A DNA stretch of 64,000 bases from Candidatus Borrarchaeum weybense (GTDB taxonomy: Archaea; Asgardarchaeota; Sifarchaeia; Borrarchaeales; Borrarchaeaceae). The DNA lies in the NCBI GenBank assembly GCA_019057385.1, contig JAHQJS010000005.1, forward strand, positions 32,001 through 96,000, read 5' to 3'. The first letter of the stretch is position 1. The number at the start of each line of letters is the position of its first letter. This document shows positions 19,986-30,507 of the stretch, piece by piece. The translations under genes and the position numbers were made by a program. The notes below the pieces were generated by a model. It saw nothing but the letters and a program-made list of their open reading frames with translations. It was not told the DNA's origin and made no database searches.

Positions 19986-21056
19986 TTAAAGAAGTTCATT
20001 ATTAAAACCAATTCCATTGCAAGTTATCTCAACTTGACGATTACTTCCCTCCTTTACTGAAAAAGATGCGCTTGTTAATTGTTTGCATATCTCTATCGCA
20101 GTTTTTGTATGCAATGTAAATTTATTGGTAATGATTTTGGATGATCCTTCTGCAAGTGCCATATAAATTATTAGTTGGTCTGCGAGGAAAGGATCTACTG
20201 GACTGTCTGCGTTAACTATTTCTAACAATTTTCGTGCTGCTTCACGTCCCACAACTTCAGCAGGTTTTCCTTTCTCTCCGATTGCATCTGAACCGATAAT
20301 TGCACCAGCACTTGTCTTTGCCCATAGTGTAATACCACTTCCTGGGGAGAGACTGTCCATTATCTGTTTTGCAGTTATTTCTATGTTTTGATAACCTGCA
20401 TCTTTCACTTCTGAAATAGCAGCCTTCTTTTGGCGTATTGCAACATGTTCTGGTAATTTTGCACAGTAGGATGTTCCGCCAATATTTTCGATTTTTCCAA
20501 TATTGTCTAGTATGATTGGTTTTAGCTTCTTGCTGGGATCTATTTTAGCCTCGATTATTCCTCCACCTTTTGGATAAAATCCGTGCTTTTTTATTTCAAT
20601 TTGTGTACGAATGCCTGTCTTTTTGAGGATAGGTAATAAAACATTCTGAATAGATGGTGTTGGTGGTGACCATCTTACAGTTGTACCGCCTATCAACTTA
20701 AGATTCACTTGTTCCGAAGTAAAAATTGCAACTGGCATTAATACTTGCAGTAAGAGTGTCACACTTCCTGCTGTTCTTACATCTACTGTATAATATCCCC
20801 CTTTTCGTGTTGTAGGTAAAAATTCAATTTCCTTAGATCCAATATTTAAGCCTCTTACAGAGGCATTAGTCAAGTCTGCTAGTGCTTTTAGCCCGGTTAA
20901 ATGTTGTGCTTTTAAACCTGGCGTTGATCTTTTTCCCCTGATATTGATAATCTCAACAGGAATCCCTGTTATTCCTGAAAGAGCGGCAGCAATTCGTAAA
21001 ATCTGGCCTCCTCCTTCGAGGATTTCGCCGTCGATTTTTACAAACCCTTGAGTCAA
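19986..21056 (-). CDS. rtcA: RNA 3'-terminal phosphate cyclase
   Basis: EGGGQILR, PGLKAQH, GFYPKGGG, LADQL, TLH. Confidence 0.95.
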   Translation of the reverse strand: MTQGFVKIDGEILEGGGQILRIAAALSGITGIPVEIINIRGKRSTPGLKAQHLTGLKALADLTNASVRGLNIGSKEIEFLPTTRKGGYYTVDVRTAGSVTLLLQVLMPVAIFTSEQVNLKLIGGTTVRWSPPTPSIQNVLLPILKKTGIRTQIEIKKHGFYPKGGGIIEAKIDPSKKLKPIILDNIGKIENIGGTSYCAKLPEHVAIRQKKAAISEVKDAGYQNIEITAKQIMDSLSPGSGITLWAKTSAGAIIGSDAIGEKGKPAEVVGREAARKLLEIVNADSPVDPFLADQLIIYMALAEGSSKIITNKFTLHTKTAIEICKQLTSASFSVKEGSNRQVEITCNGIGFNNELL

Positions 21057-21259
21057 GTGATTCGCCCTTCATTTCATTCAGTTTGGTTTTATTGAGTTTT
21101 GTTCAGAACATTCAAAGAATAAATAAAGTACTCAATTGAATCTTAGATCTTTTAAGATAAAAGTAAGCCTCTAAGAACCATTTCGCCTCTTTAATCTGAG
21201 TATTTGTACGTTATTTTTTTGAATTAAATAAATAAATCTTCACAAATCTCCCATCTAAA

Positions 21260-21631
21260 TCAAATCAAGAATATTAAAAATTGAAATAATGTTCCTAAAA
21301 CGAAGACCAATATGCTTAGTATTAGATATGGGAAAATCCAAGGTGAGACCTGGCTAATGACGAGGCCTATGACTATACTGAAAGCAAATGAGCAGATTGG
21401 TAATATTATAACGGAGGAAGGGGTTATAGACAACAACAGTTCGTTGAGGATAATAATCAAGAAAAGAATAACTACGCTATAAGTATTATCAATTCCTAAT
21501 TTAATACAATGAGTGAATAGCGGAACATACACAATAAAAATAAGCAGGCCGTGGAGCAACATCCCTAGCAGTGAGTTAAGATACCTAATAAACTGCCAAC
21601 CTCCAAATATTAACCATTGCTTCTTCTTCAC
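21260..21631 (-). CDS. Small hypothetical membrane protein
   Basis: About 4 hydrophobic segments; may be a 5'-truncated remnant. Confidence 0.45.
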   Translation of the reverse strand: MKKKQWLIFGGWQFIRYLNSLLGMLLHGLLIFIVYVPLFTHCIKLGIDNTYSVVILFLIIILNELLLSITPSSVIILPICSFAFSIVIGLVISQVSPWIFPYLILSILVFVLGTLFQFLIFLI

Positions 21632-22115
21632 CTTGGTTCATAAACTCCGCGCAAAAATACAATATTTGTGACTAAAAGCTAATGCATCTGATATACAGCA
21701 TCTTAGAGAGTTTATGGATGTGCCCCATCCCCCATAACGATAGTACACTACTGGATGGATATTTTTTTTCTTATATAAGAAATAAATCTTGATAATTTTT
21801 AGAAACAGTTCTCACAAATGTTTCCATTTCTCTTTTTCTACTGTTTTCTACTTGACTTTAAATACTTTCGATAGAGTCTCCAATAATTGATATCGTCTTT
21901 AAAGAAAGAACTTTTTCACTTAAAAATAACTTTTGTGGCAAAAAATTGCGTGGTCTTAATATATTTTTCTTATCAAAGAAAGAAGCTAAATAAGTTCTCC
22001 TAAAAGTACTTTCGCGGCTTTTTTAAATTATAATAAATCGTGGTCCTTAAATATTTCTTTTGAAACCTGTTAACAGCTTAATAGAACAATGATAAAAAAA
22101 CAGGAGGACATATTA

Positions 22116-22145
22116 ATGGATCCAGGTGGAAATTGGCCTTGGTAG
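22116..22145 (+). CDS. Candidate micropeptide MDPGGNWPW (18-aa form from ATG 22089)
   Basis: AGGAGG 8 nt upstream of ATG, GC-rich codons in an AT-rich spacer, downstream T-run. Confidence 0.3.
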   Translation: MDPGGNWPW

Positions 22146-22245
22146 TTACCTCTAAGAATCCCTTCTCAAATTCTTTTTTTCAAACATCAATTTTTAACAG
22201 ATTCTCTGTTGAAACGATAAGGTAAAGAGTATTTTAACACAATCA

Positions 22246-25200
22246 TCAGACTAGTTTTTTTGCTGCTTTCTCAAACATATCCACATTATTTAGATCTATT
22301 TGGAGATTGGATTGCACAATTTTTTCTAGTCTTTTATCAGCACATTTCTTATCGTTTTTTAACGTATATGGCATACGAGATATTTGCCTCCTTGTCAAAG
22401 GAACATCTGCAGCTATCTCCAGTGCTTTTGAAACACATTTTTCCCCATAATTATCTTCTATTTGTTGGAACAAATCATATCCTAATTCATAAGGATTGAT
22501 TGATTGCCCATATTTTAGGGTGAAATATTCATGATCAACATTCAGGTTTTTAGTATCAGATATTCTGTTTTTAATCGACTTTATTTCATTTAAAACCTGC
22601 TGAGAGAATTCTTGATTTTTTTTAGGAGTTCTTTCGAGTATTTTTTCGAGAGTTTTCAATACAAGCCATACTGCAAAACCCTCATTGACTATCAATGTAG
22701 AAACGCTAAACCATTGAACTCCAATTGCATATTTATCTGATATTTTCTCCAATTCTTTCGTTAACAATCCAATTCCTTTACGATGATATTCCAGTTCAAG
22801 AAGTTTTCTCCCTAATATTGTATTTTGATAAAAGAAACCATGACCGAACTTCTCATGGATGATAATGTTCAGAAGGCCGGCAATTGAGTCAGGATAAATA
22901 TATTTATTCATATCATAGAGGATATTCACGTCACCTAAAGGATCTACAAACGCCATTTGTTGTATTGGAATTCTTGAGACGTGTAATCTAGTTGATCGTC
23001 TTTTGTTTTTGTGCCCTTTATTATCATTAAAATTAAAATATTCTGAAAGAGTTTCACGAAACGAATTAAGGTTATGATAAACAATAGGAAATTTTCCTAC
23101 ATGAATTCCTAATTCATCCATAATATCCCATATTGTTTCGACTTTTTCTCTTATCTCATTTACGACACCAACTTTCAGTAAATTTTTAGGGAATACTTGT
23201 AGAGTGATTGGTGTAGCAAAAGCCCGATATTTCTCGTTTTTCATGGTGAAATAAAACAATTGTGGATGTTTTTTACTATAGAGTGGTTCAGTTACTCGAA
23301 CAAGGACTTCAATATTCATTGATTGCCCAGGAGAAAATAAACGATCAATTTTCATACCGCCGTTCTTTGCCATACGTATTCCTGAGATTATTTTTATGCC
23401 CTTTTTAGGAAATATGCCCTCAATATTGTTTACATGGACTGAAGTGTCGGAAGTGATTTGTATTTTATAAATGATTTTTTCATTTACCTCCACTTGTGTT
23501 TTGTCGACTGATACAACAAAATCTAAACCCCTTGGCTCCACCTTATTGGTAGTATCAAAAACCGGCGTATATGGAGTAAATGGTATTTCAACGAGTTTGA
23601 ATATATTTTCAGGTAATTCTTCTAGATGAGGGAGATTATTAAGTAAATCTCTTGTAAAACCATAACGTTCCATATCTTCGGCATCCTTGAAATAGTTGAG
23701 TGCACCAGTTAGTTCTTCTACCATATTATCCTTAAACTTGTCCTTTTCTATGGGATTATCATTTTTTTGAAATAATAGAGAATTGTAAATGTAACTAACT
23801 AACTTTTCGAACCCAAGAACGCTGCTATATGTTTTTTTAAACATTTTTAGCATTCTTGTTGCATCTATGAGTGATTGATGAGCGAGTTCATATTTCTTAT
23901 TTAATTCAGACAAATTAAGATCCACGCCACGACGCATTATTTCTAATGCGTACATCCATCCTTGACAAAAGGATTTCAATCCTTCACACAAATTCTTTAA
24001 TGCTTCATCAGACGATAAAACCTGTGATGCGGTTTCAAATTGATCGGTTGCACTCGCAAGATAAGATGCCGCATTCTTATACTCACTGTCTTTGAGTGCA
24101 ACTTCAGATTGTTCAAGTCCAAACAATCCATTAATAAAAGAATAATAACCTTCGATATGAATATCTCGATCTCTGAATTGCGACAAGAGTGTGTTTGCTT
24201 CTTTAAGTAGTTCAATTGCCTCTTGACTCTCACCAATATTACGACAGATTAATGATTGCAACATAAAAGATTGTGCAATGCAAAATGCTTTTGCTGCTTC
24301 AAAAAAAAGTTGTTGTAGATCATAGGCTCTCCTGTCAATGAAATATTGGAATTGTGTTTTGTAATATTCAATTTGATGTTCTAAGGTCTCTTCAAATAAA
24401 CGAGTGATCTTAGAAAGAATTTCAAGCGTTTTGTTATACTCTTCCTCTATAAATCGCATAGATGCCTCTTCAAAGAATGCATATGCATTATATAACAGTC
24501 CTTCATAGGAAAAAAATTCATTTAATTGCAAGAGTGAACTCGTTTTTTGATATAACTTCATAGCGTGTTCATAGTTTCCTTGAAGGTGTGATTCCTTAGC
24601 CTTCACACCCAATAATCGTGCTTGTAGGTATTTTTTTAGATCATGATAGTATGGATAATCCTTTCCAGCAAGAATTATCTTATCAGTGAGATTGTACCCT
24701 AATTCATAATGCTTTATGGACAAAGAATACTTCTGATAATCTTCTGCAATAATAGCGATTTTATATGCCTCAAAAAGCGCATCTTTGAACTCATCTGTTT
24801 CCAATGCAGATTTATAAGATTTAGTTGCGTATTTCACGCATTTTTTAAAATATGTCTGGTTTCGTTCCACTTTAGATAAATCAAAATAAATCGAAGAAAG
24901 ATCACGCCAAGTATAATATATGTGTGGTGACCACGTTACAGAAATTTTTTCATCCTCAAGTAGCAATTCTTCGGATTTCTTTAAAAATTCCAACTTCTGT
25001 GAACGTGAAGTCGCGAATGTAGCATTCATTTTGTATATTTCGTTAAGATAATGGTGCATTTCAACCTTATCGCGAGTACTTTCCATATTTGAAGACTCAT
25101 AAATATATTTCATTCTTTCTGCGGATTTCATCGCTTTATTTATGTAATTTTTGAACTTATCTTCTTTCACAACCTCAAAATAGACGATAGAGGTGTATAC

Positions 25201-26157
25201 TTTGGTTTTCAGTTCATATTTATAGAAATGCAGATGTGGCAGAAAGATTAGTTTTTCATATTTGTCTAGGTTATAGCAATCTTCTAAAATTTCATCAAAC
25301 ATTTCTTTTTTTCGTTCGCTTACTCCTGCAGCATAGATTATACGTAGTAGTTTCAATCTGGACTTATTTAGTAAAGCCAAATAATCAAATTCAAATGATC
25401 CATGAGCTTCAGCGATTTCGGCCAGAATATCATAAAGGTACATGAAACCGATAAAATCTTCTTCTGTGGTAGCCTTATCTCCTCTTAACATTATTTGTGG
25501 CAATTGTTCAGCATAAGCAAAAATATATGCTGATAAAATATGTGCATCTCTATTTCTTGTATTCTTACTTAATTTTACCGCCTTATGTGCTAGTTTTATT
25601 ACATTCTCAACTATGTTATGCCGTTGTTCAAAGTTCATTTCTCTAGATTTAGAAATAAGCTGAAAAATTAGGCCCTGAGTATACCAAACACACCCTAAAG
25701 AATGATAGTCATCATATTCAACAGATGATTCAAGTTTTTGAAACTTAGTTACGTTATCGATAATGATCTCACCTAAGTTTAAGATATCGTTAATAGAAGC
25801 GTCTTCCTCTTTGTATTTCATCGTATGATATTTTATAAAACACTCTAGATGATATGATCGCAAAATTTGTCTTATCAAGTACTCTTTTTCTGCGAGACTT
25901 CTCGCTTTATAGACTAGTTCAAGTGCTCGATCGTATTGTTGCATACGACTGTTATTATTTTCAATCAATAAACAGTATTCCATAATTACTTCAGCTAAAT
26001 TCAAAACAATGACAGGATCTTTCATTTTTTGAAGTTTTTCTAATTGCACCACGATTTCATCTATTTTCTCTATTCTTTCATTCAAAGTCTTTAGTTTGAA
26101 ATAAATCTCCATCTCATCTTCAAAGTTCATTTCTTTTCGCCTGAAAAGATCTATCAT
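22246..26157 (-). CDS. Large TPR-like helical protein + Ig-like domain + putative zinc metallopeptidase domain
   Basis: Repeated A...Y/F..A helices; beta-rich VSVDKTQVEVNE.I.Y.IQIT segment; C-terminal HEKFGH followed by NEGFA. Confidence 0.6.
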   Translation of the reverse strand: MIDLFRRKEMNFEDEMEIYFKLKTLNERIEKIDEIVVQLEKLQKMKDPVIVLNLAEVIMEYCLLIENNNSRMQQYDRALELVYKARSLAEKEYLIRQILRSYHLECFIKYHTMKYKEEDASINDILNLGEIIIDNVTKFQKLESSVEYDDYHSLGCVWYTQGLIFQLISKSREMNFEQRHNIVENVIKLAHKAVKLSKNTRNRDAHILSAYIFAYAEQLPQIMLRGDKATTEEDFIGFMYLYDILAEIAEAHGSFEFDYLALLNKSRLKLLRIIYAAGVSERKKEMFDEILEDCYNLDKYEKLIFLPHLHFYKYELKTKVYTSIVYFEVVKEDKFKNYINKAMKSAERMKYIYESSNMESTRDKVEMHHYLNEIYKMNATFATSRSQKLEFLKKSEELLLEDEKISVTWSPHIYYTWRDLSSIYFDLSKVERNQTYFKKCVKYATKSYKSALETDEFKDALFEAYKIAIIAEDYQKYSLSIKHYELGYNLTDKIILAGKDYPYYHDLKKYLQARLLGVKAKESHLQGNYEHAMKLYQKTSSLLQLNEFFSYEGLLYNAYAFFEEASMRFIEEEYNKTLEILSKITRLFEETLEHQIEYYKTQFQYFIDRRAYDLQQLFFEAAKAFCIAQSFMLQSLICRNIGESQEAIELLKEANTLLSQFRDRDIHIEGYYSFINGLFGLEQSEVALKDSEYKNAASYLASATDQFETASQVLSSDEALKNLCEGLKSFCQGWMYALEIMRRGVDLNLSELNKKYELAHQSLIDATRMLKMFKKTYSSVLGFEKLVSYIYNSLLFQKNDNPIEKDKFKDNMVEELTGALNYFKDAEDMERYGFTRDLLNNLPHLEELPENIFKLVEIPFTPYTPVFDTTNKVEPRGLDFVVSVDKTQVEVNEKIIYKIQITSDTSVHVNNIEGIFPKKGIKIISGIRMAKNGGMKIDRLFSPGQSMNIEVLVRVTEPLYSKKHPQLFYFTMKNEKYRAFATPITLQVFPKNLLKVGVVNEIREKVETIWDIMDELGIHVGKFPIVYHNLNSFRETLSEYFNFNDNKGHKNKRRSTRLHVSRIPIQQMAFVDPLGDVNILYDMNKYIYPDSIAGLLNIIIHEKFGHGFFYQNTILGRKLLELEYHRKGIGLLTKELEKISDKYAIGVQWFSVSTLIVNEGFAVWLVLKTLEKILERTPKKNQEFSQQVLNEIKSIKNRISDTKNLNVDHEYFTLKYGQSINPYELGYDLFQQIEDNYGEKCVSKALEIAADVPLTRRQISRMPYTLKNDKKCADKRLEKIVQSNLQIDLNNVDMFEKAAKKLV

Positions 26158-26555
26158 TAATCAATCTTTGAAATTAGGTTGATATTATCAAATTCGATAT
26201 CACAATAACAAACAAAAAATTGAAATGTCTGAAAATTTAAATGTATAGTTAAAAATACTAATTCTAATCGAATCTTTGCTCTAAATTCTATTAAAAAAAC
26301 GTTTTTTTTCATAAAAAATGAAATTAAATAAACAGGTTTCTGTTGTTTTATCGAAATCATTAAAACACAGTACTTGAAATTGAGATCTAATTCCAGATTT
26401 GAAGACTTATATACATGCAGCTATAGATAACCCTAATGTGCCTTGACCTTAACCTCAATAAGAATCCATTTTGGAGTTCAATGATCTTGAGGGAGTTACA
26501 AGGCGCACATTTTTGTTTTACTTCACAATTAAATAGTTCCAAGAAAAATGTAAAA

Positions 26556-26592
26556 TAAGTAATTAAAGTATAAGTAATTAAAGTTTAAGTAA
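26556..26592. repeat. 15-bp tandem repeat TAAGTAATTAAAGT(A/T), about 2.5 copies
   Basis: Seen directly downstream of tfb. Confidence 0.6.
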
Positions 26593-26636
26593 GAAATCAA
26601 AGAATAAAAACTCTAGTTAAAAAAGAGAGAAGAATA

Positions 26637-27581
26637 TTAAAGTGGTACTTCAAGGTTCATTTTAAGAACAAGTTCTTTATAGCGATTTCGGACTGTTACT
26701 TCTGTCACTCGTGCTACTTCAGCTACATCTCTTTGAGTTCTTCGTTCGTTCATTATAACTGAGGCAATGTAAATTGCCGCGGCAGCAACGCCAGTAGGTC
26801 CGCGACCCGATGTGAGCCCATTTTCGCTAGCCTTTTTTAGTATCTCGATGGCCTTAGCTTGTACCTCCCCAGGTAGTTTCAATGAACTAGTGAACCTTGG
26901 AACATAGTCTATTGGGTTTGTTGGAGGGATAGATATTTTTAATTCTCTTGCAATAAATCGATATGACCTGCCGATCTCTTTTTTACTTACTTTCGACACT
27001 TCTGCAATCTCATCAAGAGTACGACTCACTTTACATTGCCTACATGCTGCATATAACGCCGCAGCAGCAACACCTTCAATACTTCTCCCCCGTATTAGCC
27101 TTTGTTCTACTGCTTTACGATAGAGGCATGCAGCAATCTCTCGTACATTACGAGGAAGACCGAGATGAGACGACATTCGATCAAGTTCAGATAGTGCAAA
27201 AGCAAGATTTCGTTCAGTTGCATCTGATACGCGGATTCTTCGTTGCCATTTTCTTAAGCGGTAAATTTGGGCACGTTTTCCGGGAGCAAGATGTTTTCCG
27301 TAACTGTCTCTGTTTCTCCAATCGATCATCGTCGATAGTCCTTTGTCATGAATCGTATAAGTCATCGGGGCGCCTACTCTTGCGCGCTTTTCTTTTTGTT
27401 CGTGATCAAATGCACGCCATTCAGGCCCTGTATCCATAATTTTATCGCGAATGACCAAACCGCACTCTATACAAATCACTTCAGCTCTTTCATAATCCTT
27501 TATAAGTTTATGATTTCCACAATCTGGGCAACAACTAGAAGAAACAAAAAGATCACTTTCATCTTTTTCCGATAAGTGAAT
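26637..27581 (-). CDS. tfb: Transcription initiation factor IIB (start extended to ATT 27581)
   Basis: GPEWRAF, RLRKWQ, GRSIEG, two cyclin repeats; first half of the zinc ribbon (CPDC) is in frame upstream of the ORF-track start. Confidence 0.95.
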   Translation of the reverse strand: MHLSEKDESDLFVSSSCCPDCGNHKLIKDYERAEVICIECGLVIRDKIMDTGPEWRAFDHEQKEKRARVGAPMTYTIHDKGLSTMIDWRNRDSYGKHLAPGKRAQIYRLRKWQRRIRVSDATERNLAFALSELDRMSSHLGLPRNVREIAACLYRKAVEQRLIRGRSIEGVAAAALYAACRQCKVSRTLDEIAEVSKVSKKEIGRSYRFIARELKISIPPTNPIDYVPRFTSSLKLPGEVQAKAIEILKKASENGLTSGRGPTGVAAAAIYIASVIMNERRTQRDVAEVARVTEVTVRNRYKELVLKMNLEVPL

Positions 27582-27616
27582 AGATAAACACCTCCAATGG
27601 ATGTTAACTTATTTTT

Positions 27617-27904
27617 TCACTTATTTCGTTTGCGCTTTCCTCTGGTATACATAAATAAGTCTGAAGATAAAAGTTCTTCTACTTTTGAGGGATTAGAAAC
27701 TGTGATAGATAGATAAGGTTGTTTTACTGGACCAAAGACATCTTTCACAGAACCAATAATTTTCTTGTCTTTAGTACATACCCTCGTTTGTAATTTTGGA
27801 ATAAAATTAGGATTACCTTGAACAATAAGTTTACCATGAGGCGAGATATGTAAGATTGTTCCAATATGTTTCAAAAAGTCTCCTCCAGACCGGAAACTCT
27901 GCAA
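27617..27904 (-). CDS. gar1: H/ACA RNP protein Gar1/Naf1
   Basis: IG.V.DVFGPV..PY; conserved gar1-tfb synteny. Confidence 0.88.
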   Translation of the reverse strand: MQSFRSGGDFLKHIGTILHISPHGKLIVQGNPNFIPKLQTRVCTKDKKIIGSVKDVFGPVKQPYLSITVSNPSKVEELLSSDLFMYTRGKRKRNK

Positions 27905-27934
27905 AGAGAAGCGCGCACGAAAAGTGAAAACCGG

Positions 27935-27947
27935 TATATAAACTTTT
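27935..27947 (-). promoter_or_regulatory. BRE-TATA promoter of gar1-tfb
   Basis: AAAAGTTTATATA on the minus strand; the same motif occurs upstream of phoU (~4072-4083) and cas7. Confidence 0.6.
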
Positions 27948-28049
27948 GGGTATTTAAAGTTTACGATTAGTGTAGGAGTCGGAATTTATAAAGGTTCCTT
28001 TTATATCTCTACTTTAACTAAGAATACATTTAAACTTCAGGAAGAATGA

Positions 28050-29327
28050 ATGGGTAATTATTTCAATATGATGGCGGAAATGATGAAGGATTGGCTCGCG
28101 TTAACAAAGGAAATTGTAAAAAAGCATTATATATTGATTATTGGCTTCTGCCTAGCGTTTGCAGTACGACTGTTGATTGCTACAATTGGTGCAAATCGTC
28201 ATTGGGATTTTCGTGATTTAACTGCAACTGGACTGTTGCTTCTTGAGGGTAAGGTACCTTACCGAGATATTCCTGTTGGAAAAACGGATTATCCTCCACT
28301 AATTTCATACACTATGATGGTTACAGTTTTTCTTTGCGGAGATTTTGTATTTCTTTGTAAACTCCCGTTTATTATTGGCGATCTCTTAATTGGTTATGTT
28401 CTCTATATCTTTGCGAAAGAATGGCAAGTTGATAGCGATAACTCTTCTCATCGGAGTTATATAATAACGCTCATTTATTTGTTTTTACCTTATCCAATAT
28501 TTGAAAGTTCGTACATTGGACGTTTTGATTCAATACCGACTCTATTTCTTTTGCTTACAATTTATTTTCTTCATAAGGAACATCACAATTATGCAGGGTT
28601 ATGTTGGGGCATAGGAATAATGTACAAATGGTTCCCCGTGATCGTTGCACCTATAATCTTCCTATACTTTTTCAAGACTAATAAAATGAAAGACCTTGCA
28701 CGATTTCTTTTTATAACATGTGCTGTATGTTTCTTAATTTCTCTTCCCTTTCTTATTCTCGCACCAAATCAATATATCTCAACATATCTATTCCATCTTA
28801 CCGGAAGGGAAGTTTCAACAGATTTATCGATTTACTCTCTCTATAGCTATCTTACTAATGATTATTCCATGATTGTAAGAATTATTAGCACAACTATTCA
28901 AATAATTGTACTTTTAGGTTTATTTTTGAGTTTTTCTGTAGCAAAAAAAGTCTTTGAGACGCCTTACGTTCTAATTATACTCAGCGCCTTATTTCTGAAT
29001 GCTTTTGTACTTTTTAATCGGATCATCAACCCTCAATATTTCTTCTGGTATTATCCGATCCTACTCTTCTTACTTTTTCTTCAAAAGACTGCAAGAAGAC
29101 AACTTTTTCTTGTAATATTTCTGATAATTAATCTTGATGTTATTGCTTTTGCTCAGTTCTGGTTACAATGGGGGTATCGTAGAACGATCTTAACCATAAC
29201 TCTTCCTTTCGAGTCCATGATCCTTTATGTTGTAGTCTTTCATGTGTTATCTTATGTTCTTTTTATCTACCTTCTTAGATTCTATACATTGAACCATCCT
29301 TCTGTTCCTCTTCAGGTAAAAGACTGA
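28050..29327 (+). CDS. GT-C fold membrane glycosyltransferase (GT87/PIG-M-like mannosyltransferase)
   Basis: PYRD..DYPP, GRFD, KWFP, NPQYFFW; polytopic. Confidence 0.8.
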   Translation: MGNYFNMMAEMMKDWLALTKEIVKKHYILIIGFCLAFAVRLLIATIGANRHWDFRDLTATGLLLLEGKVPYRDIPVGKTDYPPLISYTMMVTVFLCGDFVFLCKLPFIIGDLLIGYVLYIFAKEWQVDSDNSSHRSYIITLIYLFLPYPIFESSYIGRFDSIPTLFLLLTIYFLHKEHHNYAGLCWGIGIMYKWFPVIVAPIIFLYFFKTNKMKDLARFLFITCAVCFLISLPFLILAPNQYISTYLFHLTGREVSTDLSIYSLYSYLTNDYSMIVRIISTTIQIIVLLGLFLSFSVAKKVFETPYVLIILSALFLNAFVLFNRIINPQYFFWYYPILLFLLFLQKTARRQLFLVIFLIINLDVIAFAQFWLQWGYRRTILTITLPFESMILYVVVFHVLSYVLFIYLLRFYTLNHPSVPLQVKD

Positions 29328-29392
29328 GATACACAAAACTAAAAATTCCTCTTAAAATCAGACCTAAGTAAGTTTGTATAAGGAAAAATTGA

Positions 29393-29507
29393 CGCCGGGG
29401 GAGGGATTTGAACCCTCGCGTTCACAATGGAACACTGACTTTCTTCCGTTTGACTCAAGGCCAGCGCCTTTAGACCACGGAGTTAGTCCGGGCTTGGCTA
29501 CCCCGGC
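29393..29507 (-). tRNA. tRNA-Ser(UGA) with two introns (21/22 at 29470-29483; 37/38 at 29441-29453)
   Basis: Acceptor stem GCCGGGG/CCCCGGC, T arm GAGGG-TTCAAAT-CCCTC, long variable arm, anticodon TGA at 29455-29457; removing both introns gives 88 nt; CCA not encoded. Confidence 0.9.
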
Positions 29508-29823
29508 TTTAAGAACGATTTAAATTCGGAAGAGGTGATGAAGATCGCACTTCACAATAAGAGATGTAGAAACTTGTTAATTTAACACGTGTATAAACAT
29601 TTTTGTAAGGACTATTTCATGAATTCATAAGATTTACTGTTTTCTAATTACAATTATTCTCAAAAGATATCATTTGTATTACCTTTTACAATAGTAGACT
29701 AGTTTGATATAATTAATTGCCTTCATGTAAAGTTTAAAAGAAAAAGTAGAGAATAAAAGAAAAAGAAGTTTTTAAAAGAAAACTTAGGATGATTATATTA
29801 ATTGAATAAATGGAGGATATCTG

Positions 29824-30507
29824 ATGAATAGAGATTTATTTCCAGATCAACGTGATATTTATCAACCAGAAGCTCAACACGGTGGCTATCTACCCGGAGC
29901 TACCGCAATAGGTGTTGTATGCAAAGACGGTGTTGTTTTAGCAGCAGAGAAGAGAGTATCGTATCCTGGGTCAACATTGGTTTTAAGTAAACTCGGAAAA
30001 AAAGTCTTTAAAATTACAGATAACATAGGTGCAGCGTGTGCAGGATTTATGGCAGATATGGACTCTTTGATAAGAACAATTGAAGCACATTCGCGGCTCT
30101 ATAATTTAGAATCTAGAAAGCCAATGTCAGTTCGTGCGGCCGCAAAACTTATGTCTAATATATTATTTGGTAGACGGTTTGCACCGTTATTGACAGAAAC
30201 ATTAGTAGCTGGTATGGATTCTGACGGAATTCCAAGTTTATTTGTTCTTGATCCCGCTGGTTCCGTACTTGATGATAAGTTCGCTTGTGCGGGAACTGGT
30301 GCTTCGATTGCGATTGGTGTCCTTGAAAGTGGTTATCGAGATGATCTTTCAGCAGAGGAAGGAAAGAAACTGGTTCTTAGTGCTATGAAATCCGCAATCG
30401 CGAGAGATGCTGCTAGTGGCGATGGTTGTGATCTGCTAGTAATAACAAAAGATGGTACAGAAGAAACTTTCATGCAAGTCTCACAAATTGAACAAATGTC
30501 TCAGTAA
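29824..30507 (+). CDS. psmB: Proteasome beta subunit, probably non-catalytic
   Basis: DGVVLAAEKR, GLD/GMD..LDPAGS, RDAASGD; GATAIG in place of GTTTVG. Confidence 0.92.
   Translation: MNRDLFPDQRDIYQPEAQHGGYLPGATAIGVVCKDGVVLAAEKRVSYPGSTLVLSKLGKKVFKITDNIGAACAGFMADMDSLIRTIEAHSRLYNLESRKPMSVRAAAKLMSNILFGRRFAPLLTETLVAGMDSDGIPSLFVLDPAGSVLDDKFACAGTGASIAIGVLESGYRDDLSAEEGKKLVLSAMKSAIARDAASGDGCDLLVITKDGTEETFMQVSQIEQMSQ

Noticed and set aside
26157-26360. 67-aa ORF upstream of the 1303-aa gene
   Set aside because: Extremely AT-rich, F/I/K-biased, no RBS; likely promoter DNA
29455-29457. tRNA-Sec or opal suppressor reading
   Set aside because: The gene is on the minus strand, so the anticodon is UGA (Ser); 7-bp acceptor stem and normal D arm after splicing
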